Notes: generated by a model not told the origin, from the letters alone. DNA of 64,000 nucleotides from an uncultured Acidobacteriota bacterium (GCA_963843575.1 CAWJKZ010000010.1:544001-608000), one strand, 5' to 3'. Counted from the first letter of the stretch, positions 11,756 to 22,544 are shown. Translations and numbers: made by a program.

Positions 11756-12948
11756 GCTGTTCAGCACATCCCGGGGCCGCGTCGGCCCGACGCGGCCCAC
11801 TCACCTGGTCCCGGCTGGGACACCCCTTCGCCGCGGCGTGCCTCGCAGCGGCCCTCGTCCTGGGCTGGCAGGCGGCCACGGTCCACCGCAATTACGAGGG
11901 GAACTGGAGCGCCCTGTTCCGCATAGGAGACCTTTGGCCGCTCCCGCCGGAACTCTCTTCGGAAAACAACCGGGTCTTCGTCCACGACCCGGGGTACGAC
12001 GGCACCTTCTACCACCTGATCGCACACGATCCCTGGTGCGCCCGCGGCTTCGCCCGGTTCGTCGACAATCCCAGCCTGCGCTGGCGCCGGATCCTCACGC
12101 CCGCCCTAGCCTACCTGGCGGCTGGCGGTTCGGGCGCGCGCATCCATGCCGCATTCGTCGGGGTGAACCTCCTGTTCGTGTTTGCCGGGACATACTGGCT
12201 CGGCCGGTTCTGCCAGTTGCACGGGTGTGGCACCGCGTGGGGGCTGCTGTTCCCGGCGGTGCCCGCCGTGCTCGTGTCCATGGACCGGCTGACCATCGAC
12301 ACCGCCCTGTCGGCGCTGGCGATCGGAGTCGTCCTTTACTCGACGACACGGCAGCGCGCCGGCACGCTCCTGCTCCTTGCGCTCTGCCCGCTCGCGCGGG
12401 AAACCGGCGCGTGCATGATCGCGGGCCAGGCTTGGGCGGATGCCCGGGAGAAGCGGTGGAAGAGGCTTGGCCTCACACTCGCGACGATCCTCCCCTTCGT
12501 CGCCTGGGCGGTCTTCGTCCACCTCCACACGACTCGGGACGGGACCGCGTGGCTCTCGTGGCCCCTGGCCGGGATCGTGCACCGGACGCTCCACCCGTTC
12601 CCTTATGCCATCACCGGGAAATGGGTGGCCGCCGCCGCCCTGTTCGATTACACGGCGCTGATCGGCGTCTGGGCGGGCCTCGTTCTGACGCTGCGGCTGG
12701 CCTGGGAGCGACGCACCGGGATCACCGAGTTGTGCGCCTACGGTTTCGCGGCCGGGGCCGTCTGGCTGGGGAAGGAGGATATCTGGGCCGGGGCATACGA
12801 GTTCGGGCGCACGATGTCTCCGCTCCTGGTCCTGCTCGGGCTCGTTGCCCTGCGGGATCGAAGGCCGGTGTTCGCGCTCCCGGTGGCCCTCGTACTGCCG
12901 CGCATCCTGCTGCAGCTCGAGCCGCAGATGCGTGGCCTCTTGCGTTGA
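11752..12948 (+). CDS. Polytopic membrane protein with GYDGxFY motif (GT-C-like, surface glycopolymer)
   Basis: DPGYDGTFY, RRILTP, LARET and multiple TM helices. ATG overlaps the upstream stop. Confidence 0.65.
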   Translation: MSCSAHPGAASARRGPLTWSRLGHPFAAACLAAALVLGWQAATVHRNYEGNWSALFRIGDLWPLPPELSSENNRVFVHDPGYDGTFYHLIAHDPWCARGFARFVDNPSLRWRRILTPALAYLAAGGSGARIHAAFVGVNLLFVFAGTYWLGRFCQLHGCGTAWGLLFPAVPAVLVSMDRLTIDTALSALAIGVVLYSTTRQRAGTLLLLALCPLARETGACMIAGQAWADAREKRWKRLGLTLATILPFVAWAVFVHLHTTRDGTAWLSWPLAGIVHRTLHPFPYAITGKWVAAAALFDYTALIGVWAGLVLTLRLAWERRTGITELCAYGFAAGAVWLGKEDIWAGAYEFGRTMSPLLVLLGLVALRDRRPVFALPVALVLPRILLQLEPQMRGLLR

Positions 12949-12964
12949 GCGGGACCTCGGCAGC

Positions 12965-14224
12965 CTACTCGTAGCGGAGGGCCTCGACAGGGTCCATCCT
13001 CGCCGCCTTGATGGCCGGCCACACCCCGAAGACGATCCCAACGCCCGCCGACATGGCCAGCGCGGTCAGAACGGCCCACAGCGGCGGTATGGCGGGCAGC
13101 GACGGGACAAGCCAGCTGACGACGAAACCGACGAGCCCGGCCAAGACCACCCCCGTCACGCCGCCCATGCCCGTCAGGAGTGTGGCCTCGAGCAGGAATT
13201 GCCAGACGATGTCGCGCCGGCGCGCGCCGACGGCTTTGCGGACTCCGATCTCCCGGGTGCGCTGCGTCACCGACATCAGCATGACGTTCATGACCCCGAT
13301 GCCCCCGACCAGCAGTCCCAACCCGGAAATCGCCAGGGTGGCGAGCCGGACAATCGAGGTTACGCGGTCGAGCTGCTCCACGATGAGGTCCGAAGTGCTC
13401 AGGAAGAAATCGTTCTCCTGGCCCGCCCTGAGCCCGCGGAGGCGGCGCAACTCCCCCTCCACCTCCCCCAGCGCCTGCTCGCGCAACCCGGGCCACGCCT
13501 GGCAATAAAACACGACGTTCTCCAGCCCGGGATAGCGGGACCTCGCGGTTTGCGCCGGGATCATCATTACGTTGTCCTGGCGGTTCTCGCCGAAAAAGCT
13601 CCCTTTGCGCTTCCCGAACACGCCGAGGACTTCGTACAACGCGCCGTCCATCAGGACCCGTTTGCCGATCGGGTCCTCCGAGGGGAAAAGCGCCGCGGCG
13701 ATGTTCGCGCCCAGCACGCAGCTGCGCGCCCGGCGTCTCTCTTCCTCCGCCGTGTACACCCGGCCCCGGCTCAGTTCGGCGTTCGTGATCTGTGCGAAGT
13801 TCCAGGTACAGCCCTGCACGAGGATCTCTTCGTTTTCTATGTTCCCGTATTTCGCGGTCAGGGCCCGGCCGCCCACGACGTCCGGGATCATGACCTGCCC
13901 GGCGACATCCCTGAGCGACGGGCAGCCGCGCGCCAGGGAATCGACAAACTCGAGCCGCAGCGGCTTGCGCGAAACCTCCTCGGGGCGGATGCTCGGCGTG
14001 TAGGGGTCACCCTGGAGGTGGAAGGCGAAGACGTTGTCGGGGCCCAGTTCCTGGAACAGCTCGACGATGTTGCTGCGCACGCCGACCAGCACCGTCGCCA
14101 CGAGCACGACCGTCACGATGCCGGCGATGATGCCCAATACGGTCAGGAGCGACCGGAACTTGTTGGCCATGATGTTGGACAACGCAAAGGACAGGGTCTC
14201 CCGGTTGAAGTGGGCCGTGCTCAT
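12965..14224 (-). CDS. MacB/FtsX-like ABC transporter permease
   Basis: RSLLTVLGI, VGGIGVMNVMLMSVTQRTREIGVRKAVGA, AARMDPVEALRYE. Confidence 0.95.
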   Translation of the reverse strand: MSTAHFNRETLSFALSNIMANKFRSLLTVLGIIAGIVTVVLVATVLVGVRSNIVELFQELGPDNVFAFHLQGDPYTPSIRPEEVSRKPLRLEFVDSLARGCPSLRDVAGQVMIPDVVGGRALTAKYGNIENEEILVQGCTWNFAQITNAELSRGRVYTAEEERRRARSCVLGANIAAALFPSEDPIGKRVLMDGALYEVLGVFGKRKGSFFGENRQDNVMMIPAQTARSRYPGLENVVFYCQAWPGLREQALGEVEGELRRLRGLRAGQENDFFLSTSDLIVEQLDRVTSIVRLATLAISGLGLLVGGIGVMNVMLMSVTQRTREIGVRKAVGARRRDIVWQFLLEATLLTGMGGVTGVVLAGLVGFVVSWLVPSLPAIPPLWAVLTALAMSAGVGIVFGVWPAIKAARMDPVEALRYE

Positions 14225-14225
14225 G

Positions 14226-15488
14226 TCAGTTCTCCGACCGCAAGGCGTCGACGGGCTGCAGCCGCGCGGCCAGGTAGGCAGGATACACGCCCGCCGCAAC
14301 CCCGACCCCTGCCGACACGCAGATCGCCAGAAGGACATACAGGGGGGGTACCCTGACGGGCGTTCCGAATGCCGTCGTCAGCCCGAGGCTGCCGAGATAG
14401 CTGAGGAGAAGTCCCAGCCCTCCACCGGCCATCGACAGAACCGTGGATTCGCACAACACCTGCCCCAGTATGTCCCGCCGTCGCGCGCCCAGAGACTTCC
14501 GCACGCCGATTTCCCGCGTGCGCTCGGTGACCGACACCAGCATCATGTTCATCACGACGATCCCCGCCACAAACAGCGCCACCGAACTTATCGGGATGAT
14601 GGCGACCGAGATCATCGTGGCGAGCTGCTCCAGGAAGCTGCGCCCGGACTCGGGAACGAGCACGTCGAAATTGTCGGGATCCGCCGGCCGCATCCGCCGC
14701 AGGGTGCGCAGCGCAAAGCGCGCCTCCTCCTGCGCCTCCGCATAATCCGTCCCGGGTTTCGGCTGGGCGAAGATCGTGACGCTGTTGCGGCTGCCCCAGA
14801 TCTTCTCGTAGCTGAGGATCGGCATCCACACGTAACGGTCCAGCGAGGCGCCGAAGCTGGAGCCCAGCGGCTGCTGCACGCCTATGACGGTGAAGGGCCG
14901 CCCCGCGATGCGGACTTCCCTTCCCAGCGGGTCGATTCCCGGGAAGAGCTCGTCCACGATGTCTTGCCCGACGACCACGACGCCGCGGCCCCGCCGGCTC
15001 TCGTCTTCGTTGAAGAAGCGCCCGGTCGAGAGCCGGATATCCCTGACGGTCTCGAGGTTGGCGGAAGAGCCCGTGATCGTGGCCGCAAGGAAGATCCGGT
15101 TCTTCGACCTCACCGCGGCGATGTTCGAGAGCGTCGGAGACAAGCGCATCGAACCAGCCACCGCGCGGGCGAGTTCCTCCGCCTCCCGGCGGTAGATTTC
15201 CGGGTTCTTACGCCGCTTCTCGGCCAGCTGCTTGCGGCTGAGATTCCCGACCGAAGCCACCTGCGAGAGTAGAAACGTGCCTGAACCAAAGGCCTGCGCG
15301 GTGGTCTGGACGGCAAACTCCCGCAGCGCCTCGACCGCCGCGCCGACCAGGACCACGGCGGCGATCCCGATGACGATCCCCAGGATCGTAAGGGCGGAGC
15401 GAAGCTTGTGAACCCACAACGATTCGACCGCAATGCACAGGGCGTTCCAGGCCGACGACCCGCCCGAGTGCAAGCCCCTCGCAGCCAT
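14226..15488 (-). CDS. MacB/FtsX-like ABC transporter permease
   Basis: HKLRSALTILGIVIG, MNMMLVSVTERTREIGVRKSLGA, AARLQPVDALRSE. Start codon uncertain. Confidence 0.95.
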   Translation of the reverse strand: MAARGLHSGGSSAWNALCIAVESLWVHKLRSALTILGIVIGIAAVVLVGAAVEALREFAVQTTAQAFGSGTFLLSQVASVGNLSRKQLAEKRRKNPEIYRREAEELARAVAGSMRLSPTLSNIAAVRSKNRIFLAATITGSSANLETVRDIRLSTGRFFNEDESRRGRGVVVVGQDIVDELFPGIDPLGREVRIAGRPFTVIGVQQPLGSSFGASLDRYVWMPILSYEKIWGSRNSVTIFAQPKPGTDYAEAQEEARFALRTLRRMRPADPDNFDVLVPESGRSFLEQLATMISVAIIPISSVALFVAGIVVMNMMLVSVTERTREIGVRKSLGARRRDILGQVLCESTVLSMAGGGLGLLLSYLGSLGLTTAFGTPVRVPPLYVLLAICVSAGVGVAAGVYPAYLAARLQPVDALRSEN

Positions 15489-15641
15489 GTGCGACCGAAC
15501 GCTGGCCGTCCCCCGACTTCCGAACACGCGCTCCCCCAGTTCTCGCGGAATCGCCGAGAGTTATATCGTGAGCGTCGGGCCGGTTCAAGGCGGCGCTGGA
15601 ATGAGTCCGGCGGGCGTATGCAGCACACGTAAGCTCGGGGT

Positions 15642-15708
15642 GGCGCCGAGGCGCCGGGGATTTCAGGCGCAGGGCGTCAGGGAAAGCGGCGCCGAGGCCT
15701 GCACTCCA
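15642..15708. repeat. REP family A, right half
   Basis: AAAGCGGCGCCGAGGCCTGCACTCCA. Confidence 0.75.
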
Positions 15709-15731
15709 TATATAATCGGGGAGTGGGCACG

Positions 15732-18363
15732 ATGTACTTGAAGCATCTTTGCGCGGTCCTCGCGGGCGTCGTTTTCGTTTCGGGCGCGGCCGCGCAGACG
15801 GCGCCGGCGCCGCAACAGGAGGAAGCTCCGAAGCAGGCCCCGGAAGCCAAGGCTCCCGAGCCGAACCGGCGCATCGAACTGAACCTGCTCGGCAAGACGG
15901 ACGCCGACTCGGGCGAGAGCCGGCGCAACGAGAATATCCAGTTCAACCTCGTGGACAACAACGCCCTCAAGGAACTCAACGTCCGGCTCGGCACGACGGC
16001 GACCATCGTGCGCGAATTCCGGGCGTCGAGCAGCTACTTCGGCGCGGAATTCGGAAACGCGCCGGCGTCGCTGATCTCCGCCACCGGGCAGTTGCGGCGC
16101 GGTTTTCACGGCACCGTCTACGCCGCCCACCTCAATTCGGTCACCAGTGCGAGGGCGTTCTTCCAGGTCGGGAGCGTGAAGCCCGCCCGGGAGAACGACT
16201 ACGGATTCAGCGTGGGCTTGCCCGCGGGGGCGCGCACCCGGCTGTTTTTCGAGGCCGGCCAGAACAAGCAGCGCGGCAGCGTCAACGGCAACGTCCTGGT
16301 CCCACGGGCCGACGAGCGGACGGCCCTGGCCACCGACCCTGCCGTCCGCGCGCTGGTGGAACGGTTTCTGTCCGCCTATCCCGCGGAGGCCCCCAACCGC
16401 ACCGACGTCAACCCGCGGGCGCTCAATACCAACGCGCCGCAGAGCATCGACAACAGCAACGCCCGCGCCCGCCTGGACCACGACTTCAGCGCGCGCGACC
16501 GGCTGGCGCTCGATTACTCCCTCGTCACCCAGAAGGTCGATGCCTTCCAGTTCGTCGCCGGGCAGAACCCGGACACGGACACCCGCGCTCACAAGGGCCG
16601 CCTCTTCTGGACACGCCAGTGGAGCCCGTCGACCGTGAGCGAGGCCACACTGGGCTTCGACAGAATCAGGTCGTACCTCCGCCCGGAACCGAATGCCGTC
16701 GGCCCGATGGTCTCCACTTCCGGGCTGGAAACCCTGGGGCCGCAGGGGAGCATCCCGATCGACCGCGCGCAAAACCTCTTCCGCTACGCCGGCCAGCTGC
16801 GCCGCAGCGCAGGGCATCACTCGTGGTACAGCGGGATCGGGTTCGTGCGGCGCCAGTTCAACGGCATCGAGTCGGACACGCACCGCGGCTTCTATTCGTT
16901 CCCCAACGATTTCGGCCGCAACGGGATTACCAACCTGCGGCTGGGCGTCACGTCGATGTACATCATCGCGGTCGGGAACGTGTTCCGCGGGTTCCGCAGC
17001 TCCGATCCCCAGTTCTTCCTGGGAGACGCGTGGAGGGTTTCCGACCGGATCAGTCTCAACTATGGGCTCCGCTACCAGCCGGTCTTCCGGCCGCACGAGG
17101 TCAACGGGCTGAACACGATCCCCTACGACTGCGACTGTAACAACGTGGCGCCGCAGTTCGGGCTCGCCTATCGCCTCCCGGGGAGCCTCGGCGTCCTCCG
17201 CGCAGGCTATGGGCTGCAGTACGGCGAGATCTTCCCGGTGACATACGGTCAGGTGCGCTTCAGCCCGCCGGGGAGCGTGAAGCTGGTGGCGATGGCCCCG
17301 AACCTCATCGACCCCCTCACGTCTCCCGTCGCGGGTGGCAAACCTCCCAGGACCCTGGGAAACCTGTACCTGCTCGACCCGGAACTCGCGGTGCCGTACT
17401 CGCACCAGTACAACGCCAGCTGGGAGCCCGACTGGAATCCCACGTGGAGGATACAGCTGGGCTACGTCGGAAGCCGCTCCCACAAGCTGTTCGTCATGTG
17501 GTACCAGAACCGCGGCCACGCCGTGGCCGGCATACCCCAGACCACGGCGACGATCAACGACAGGCGCCCGAATCCCGACTACGCGGAGATCCGTTGGGTC
17601 CTGAACGGGTCGCGCGGCTACTACGACGCTGCCCGCGCCTCGCTGGTGCTGCGTCCCTGGCACCGATTTACGACCGACGCCTCCTATTGGTTCAGCAAGG
17701 CGCTCGATCTGGGGAGCAGCTACACGAACACGGCCGCCGACGCCGACTCGCGCATCAGTCGCAGCCAATCGGAGTTCGAAACGCACCGCGACATGAAGGG
17801 GCTCAGTTCCTTCGACCAGACGCACGCCTTTCTGTGGCACTGGTCCTACCAGCTTCCGCCCTTCGGGGGGACTGGATTACTGTCGAGGCTGGCGGCCGAG
17901 TGGAGCCTGTCCGGGATCGTGCTCGTGAAGTCCGGGACGCCCTTCACCGTGGTCGACCGGGTCCGACGCCCCCGGCTTCGGCAACGTCGACGGCAACGGG
18001 AACGACCGGCCGAACCTGCTCGACCTCTCGCTCCTCGGCCGCACCGTCGGGGACCCGGACACGTCCCGCCTGATGTTGCCCCGCGCGGCATTCTCCTTCA
18101 TCGAACCCACGGGCGACGGCGGGAATATCGGACGGAACGTGTTCCGCAAGGGTCCCATCAGGAACGTCAACGCGATGCTGTCGCGCTCCTTCGCCCTGAG
18201 ACAGGAGCTCCGGCTCACGCTCCGGGCAGAGTCGGTGAACCTGTTCAACACCCCGCAGTTCGCTGAGCCGGGCGTCGAGCTGGCCAGCCAGAACTTCGGC
18301 CAGATCACCAACACCCTGAACGACGGCCGCACTTTCCGTTTCCAGTTCCAGCTCGCCTGGTGA
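15732..18363 (+). CDS. TonB-dependent/Oar-like outer-membrane barrel protein (frameshift at about 17958)
   Basis: Signal peptide; [48 protein letters not shown]; C-terminal aromatic beta-signal FQFQLAW. Confidence 0.85.
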
Positions 18364-18409
18364 CACTTCGAACGAGCACTACTATGCAGAAGTACGCTGA
18401 CGTTTCCAG

Positions 18410-18462
18410 GACGCGGATTTGCGCGGATCCAAATCTGGAGTGCGGCGCCTTGGCGCCGCTTT
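18410..18462. repeat. Family C unit (GACGCGGATTTGCGCGGAT) joined to a family A half
   Basis: 9-10 nt periodic CGCGGAT followed by TGGAGTGCGGCGCCTTGGCGCCGCTTT. Confidence 0.7.
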
Positions 18463-18524
18463 CCCGTACACCCTAAGGCCAAAATGCTCGGCGCCGACTT
18501 CTACCCGGCCATGACCGGAGCAAT

Positions 18525-18809
18525 TCAGTCTTCGAGGATGTATTTCACGTCGGCCTTGCGCAGGAAGATCTTCGGGCCGCCACCCGCCGGCCCCACGCTG
18601 AAGGTGTCGCGGTCATAGTAGCGGATGCGCCCCCGGACACGCTCGCCGCCGCACAGCACGACCGTCACCCGCGTGCGCGAGTCGATCAGGGAGCGGAGAT
18701 AACCGGCTTCGCTCCCCGTGCTGGCCACCTCCGACGAATCGTCGTCTTCAGGATCGTCCGGCACGGTGTCGCCGTCCCAGCGCCTGTGCCTGTCGTCGAA
18801 TGAGCTCAC
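18525..18809 (-). CDS. Hfq/Sm-like RNA chaperone paralogue
   Basis: EAGYLRSLIDSRTRVTVVLCGGERVRGRIRYYDRD...IFLRKADVKYI fits the Sm1/Sm2 pattern. Start uncertain. Confidence 0.75.
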   Translation of the reverse strand: MSSFDDRHRRWDGDTVPDDPEDDDSSEVASTGSEAGYLRSLIDSRTRVTVVLCGGERVRGRIRYYDRDTFSVGPAGGGPKIFLRKADVKYILED

Positions 18810-18926
18810 GGAACACCGCAAATAAGTAGGGAGTGGCCAGTCTAACGGCCCCGTACTGGAAAGTAAACCCCGATAAAATCGGGACTGCCGGGACTCGCTT
18901 TCGATCTATACTCTCTGGCGCGCCCC

Positions 18927-19838
18927 ATGGAGGGATTTGTGAAAAGAACCGCCGTTGCCGCCTGTCTGGTTGTGTTGGCCGCCGTCGCTTCCGGCGCCGT
19001 CCTGGAGAACCTGGGAGCGCCGACCGGGCAGGGACGGGTGCTTGAGGGGCTTCGGTTCAGCAGCCCGCTGCTGAACCGGGACGTGAACTACGCGGTTTAC
19101 CTGCCGCCGGACTACGACGCGTCCACGCGCCGCTACCCCGTCGTGTACCTGCTGCACGGCTTCACCGACGACGAAAGCGCCTGGATTCAGTTCGGCGAGG
19201 CGAACCTGACCGCGGACCGCGCCATCGAAGCCCGCGAGATCCCACCCATGATCATCGTGATGCCCGACGGCGGGGTCACATGGTACATTAACGACTACGG
19301 CGGGCGGGTCCGGTACGAAGACATGTTCGTGCAGGAATTCATCCCCTTCATCGACCGCACCTACCGCACCAGGCCGAAAAAGGAGTTTCGCGGCATCTCG
19401 GGACTCTCGATGGGCGGGTACGGCTCGCTAATGTACGCGATGCGACACCCGGCCCTTTTTACCGCCTGCGCAGCCTTCAGCAGCGGCGTCATGACCGATG
19501 AGGAAGTCGTCGCCCTGAAGGACTACGACCGGCTGTTCGGTGCCTTGTTCGGCACGAAGCTGGAGGGGCAGGGCCGGCTCAGCCCACACTGGCGAGCCTA
19601 CAGCCCGCTGGACCTGGTGAAGCAGGTCCCACTGGAAACTCTGAAAACGGTGAGCTGGTATCTCGACTGCGGCGATGACGACTTCCTGTACAAGGGCAAC
19701 TCGGCCCTTCACGTGCTCATGCGCGACCTCGGGCTCCCCCACGAATACCGGGTCCGGGACGGCAGCCACAGCTGGGCCTACTGGCGTTCGGGCATCACCG
19801 CCGGGCTCAAGTTCATCGGTGAGAACTTCAACCGTTAG
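18927..19838 (+). CDS. Putative esterase (alpha/beta hydrolase, CE1-like), secreted
   Basis: VYLPPDY, YPVVYLLHG, GLSMGG nucleophile, DCGDDD, GSHSWAYW. Confidence 0.92.
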   Translation: MEGFVKRTAVAACLVVLAAVASGAVLENLGAPTGQGRVLEGLRFSSPLLNRDVNYAVYLPPDYDASTRRYPVVYLLHGFTDDESAWIQFGEANLTADRAIEAREIPPMIIVMPDGGVTWYINDYGGRVRYEDMFVQEFIPFIDRTYRTRPKKEFRGISGLSMGGYGSLMYAMRHPALFTACAAFSSGVMTDEEVVALKDYDRLFGALFGTKLEGQGRLSPHWRAYSPLDLVKQVPLETLKTVSWYLDCGDDDFLYKGNSALHVLMRDLGLPHEYRVRDGSHSWAYWRSGITAGLKFIGENFNR

Positions 19839-19896
19839 ACGCGCCCAGATTTAATCCCAAGGCTCCGATTCAATCGACAGGAGGACCTCACCCGCC

Positions 19897-20880
19897 GTGA
19901 ATGTGATGTTGTTCCCCTTCTCCGAGTACTGGTGGTTTTACGGGGTATTCACGCTGTTTGTGCTGGCCCTGCTTGCGCTGGATCTGGGGGTGTTCCACCG
20001 GACGGCGCACCGGGTCTCATTCCGCGAGGCGGCGACCTGGAGCGCGGTCTGGATCGCCCTCGCCCTGGCGTTCAACTACGGGCTGTACCGCTACGCTCAC
20101 GCGAAGTTTGCGGCCGAGAGTGCCCGCGCCGTCGGCCTGGAGTTTCTCACCGGCTACATCATCGAAAAGGCGCTTTCGGTCGACAACATTTTCGTGTTCG
20201 TCGTCGTGTTCGGGTTTTTCTCGATCCCCGCCCGCTACCAGCACCGCGTCCTCTTCTTTGGCATCCTCGGGGCCCTGGTCTTCCGGGCGGTCTTCATCGC
20301 TCTCGGGGCGGCGCTCCTGAAGTATCACTGGGTGCTGCTGGTGTTCGGCGGCTTCCTGATCCTGACCGGGGTGAAGATGCTCTTTGCGCCGGAAAAGCCG
20401 CTGCAACCGGACCGCAACCCGTTGATCCGCCTGTTCCGCCGCATGATGCCCGTCACCTCCGAACTGCACGGACAGAAGTTCTTCGTCCGGGTCGACGGGG
20501 TGACGCACGCGACGCCATTGCTCCTGGCCCTTTTGTTTCTTGAGCTTACCGACGTGGTGTTCGCCGTGGACTCCGTTCCCGCGATCTTCGCCATCACAAG
20601 CGAGCCGCTTATCGTCTTCACCTCGAATATCTTCGCCATTCTCGGGCTGCGGGCGATGTATTTCCTGCTGGCGGGGGCGGTCGAGTCGTTTCACATGCTG
20701 AAATACGGCCTGGCCCTCGTCCTCGTCTTTGTCGGCCTGAAGATGGCGTGGCTCAACGACCTGTTCGGCGGGAAGTTCCCGATCGGAGTCTCGCTCGCGA
20801 TCATCAGCGCGATTATCGGCCTGTCCATCGCGCTGTCGCTGCTCTTCCCAAAGCGAAACCCCTCGGCCGAAATACGTTGA
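19897..20880 (+). CDS. TerC/Alx family membrane protein
   Basis: EKALSVDNIFVF, YQHRVLFFGILGAL, DVVFAVDSVPAI, FTSNIFAILGLRAMY. Confidence 0.95.
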   Translation: MNVMLFPFSEYWWFYGVFTLFVLALLALDLGVFHRTAHRVSFREAATWSAVWIALALAFNYGLYRYAHAKFAAESARAVGLEFLTGYIIEKALSVDNIFVFVVVFGFFSIPARYQHRVLFFGILGALVFRAVFIALGAALLKYHWVLLVFGGFLILTGVKMLFAPEKPLQPDRNPLIRLFRRMMPVTSELHGQKFFVRVDGVTHATPLLLALLFLELTDVVFAVDSVPAIFAITSEPLIVFTSNIFAILGLRAMYFLLAGAVESFHMLKYGLALVLVFVGLKMAWLNDLFGGKFPIGVSLAIISAIIGLSIALSLLFPKRNPSAEIR

Positions 20881-20934
20881 GTTTTCAGGACACGGATCTG
20901 CGCCGATGGACGCGGATACTGACCAACTCGCCCC

Positions 20935-21276
20935 TTACTCCGAGCCGAGCCCCATCAGGCGACGGAAGAATCCCACGCGTTCGGAGGACTGGTGCGCGAG
21001 CATCAGGTCCTCCAGTTCGCCGCGATCGAAGTAGACACCTTCGCACAGGGTGCACACATCCACCTTCACGTCCCGGAGGGTCCTCTCCTTCATCGCGTGG
21101 CCGCACTTCGGGCAGCGCATCCAGTGCGCCTCCCTGAGGCGGTCGCGTTCCTTCTGGGCTTCTTTCGCCTCTTCTTCCCTGATCCGTTGCTCCCGCTCTT
21201 CCTTCAGCTTGGCAATGAGTTCCCGGTCCTTCTCGATGAACCAGCGATCTTCGTGAGCCTTCTTGACCTTGTCCAT
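20935..21276 (-). CDS. zf-TFIIB zinc-ribbon protein with N-terminal coiled coil
   Basis: EDRWF..., HWMRCPKCG...VDVCTLCEGVYFDRGELE. Confidence 0.85.
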   Translation of the reverse strand: MDKVKKAHEDRWFIEKDRELIAKLKEEREQRIREEEAKEAQKERDRLREAHWMRCPKCGHAMKERTLRDVKVDVCTLCEGVYFDRGELEDLMLAHQSSERVGFFRRLMGLGSE

Positions 21277-21426
21277 GCCGAGTTTCTCCTGAGTTGGATT
21301 CCGCCCCGGATCTTCCCGGGTCCGTGATGGTCATCGTGCAAAGTTCATACGCAAATCGGTCATCAAAAACGTGGTTGAGGCCGGGAGCGTATGTGGGTGG
21401 GGTCGCCCCGACCCCGCCCCAATCAT

Positions 21427-22056
21427 CTACCTCATCAGGACGAACTCGCAGGCCGCCGAGGGGTCCTCGACGTGCACGTGCAGCTCGCCGCCCGCCGGGT
21501 GAATCCAGAATCCTTCGCCCGCTGCGGGGATACGAAGTTGCGAAACATCCCGAACCACCAGCGCCGCCTGACCCGGGGACGGGGTCGCCCCAAGATTGTA
21601 GAGCCAGGCCTCGTCTTCGACGCCCTCGACCAGTTTCCCGACGTGGACGTGCGCATGACACTGCGTCCGCGTGCGCTCACCGTTGACCGCCAACCCCCAG
21701 CCCGAACCCCAGAGCGACGACGCCTTCTCCACCGCAGCCTTCCAGAAACTCTCGCTCTGTTCGGCACCCATCTGCAGGTGGTGCATCCCCTCGGAGTGGG
21801 TGCGCGGCAGAATCAGCCAGCGGTTCGGCTTCCGCGGGTTGTTGTCTTTGAGGAAGAAAAAGAGAATTCCGGGAGCCTGGGCCTCGGCTTCGCGGCAGAG
21901 GCTGCATTGGCGCGCCTGCATGGTCTCGGAGCGCGTGGGGTCGCAGTCGCAGGCCTGGTCGTGGGTCCGGTAGAGCTGCGCCCCCGGCAGGAGAGGAGAC
22001 CCCGCACCGATCAGGAAGACAGCCAGAACTCCGAAAGACACCGTCCGAAATCGCAT
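21427..22056 (-). CDS. HIT-like / CDP-diacylglycerol pyrophosphatase-like protein, secreted
   Basis: Signal peptide, WLILP, GLAVNG, RTQCHAHVHVG. Confidence 0.6.
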   Translation of the reverse strand: MRFRTVSFGVLAVFLIGAGSPLLPGAQLYRTHDQACDCDPTRSETMQARQCSLCREAEAQAPGILFFFLKDNNPRKPNRWLILPRTHSEGMHHLQMGAEQSESFWKAAVEKASSLWGSGWGLAVNGERTRTQCHAHVHVGKLVEGVEDEAWLYNLGATPSPGQAALVVRDVSQLRIPAAGEGFWIHPAGGELHVHVEDPSAACEFVLMR

Positions 22057-22308
22057 GCAAGATTGTAGCTTGACCGCCTCTCGAATCCGAGTGCTTATGA
22101 CGCAGGGTTGTCCAGACCCGCGCTACCCGCCCTCATATTCCTGTTGACCTTCCGGGCCGGATCACTAAATCTGTCTCTTTAATGGCAGCGATTGGAAGTG
22201 AAACGTGCCGTGCACCGCACACGCAAAGCGGCGGCCAGGCTCCCCCTCCAGACTATCGCCCGAGGGCTCCTCCAGCGGCCATTAACCGCGTCCACCAGAG
22301 GAATCGAG

Positions 22309-22506
22309 ATGAGAGACGAAACGTCCGAGCACGAAGACGCGGCAGAGATCCTCCGGAAGAAATACCGGTACCGCCAACTCCTCCTGTCCGGGAGGCTGCT
22401 GCTGCCCCACGACCGCGCAGCCCAGCTGCTCGGGCCGGACTGCATGTACCAGCTGTACAGGCTCCAGGGAGCGATGAAAAAGACGCGGAAGGGCGGGCCG
22501 CGGTGA
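22309..22506 (+). CDS. Small hypothetical protein (65 aa)
   Basis: AGAGGA RBS; ATG at 22309 is in frame with ORF 22192..22506; GC3-rich codons. Confidence 0.55.
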   Translation: MRDETSEHEDAAEILRKKYRYRQLLLSGRLLLPHDRAAQLLGPDCMYQLYRLQGAMKKTRKGGPR

Positions 22507-22544
22507 GGAAACGACACGCAATCGAGGGCGGAGGCCGCCGCATT

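Noticed and set aside
19839-19896. yybP-ykoY riboswitch upstream of TerC/Alx
   Set aside because: The intergenic gap is only 58 nt and lacks the motif.
22195-22245. c-di-GMP-I riboswitch suggested by ACGCAAAGC (and GCAAACC at 48406)
   Set aside because: The GCAAACC/GNRA-stem/GGACGCAAAG arrangement and the second stem are not present together at either site.
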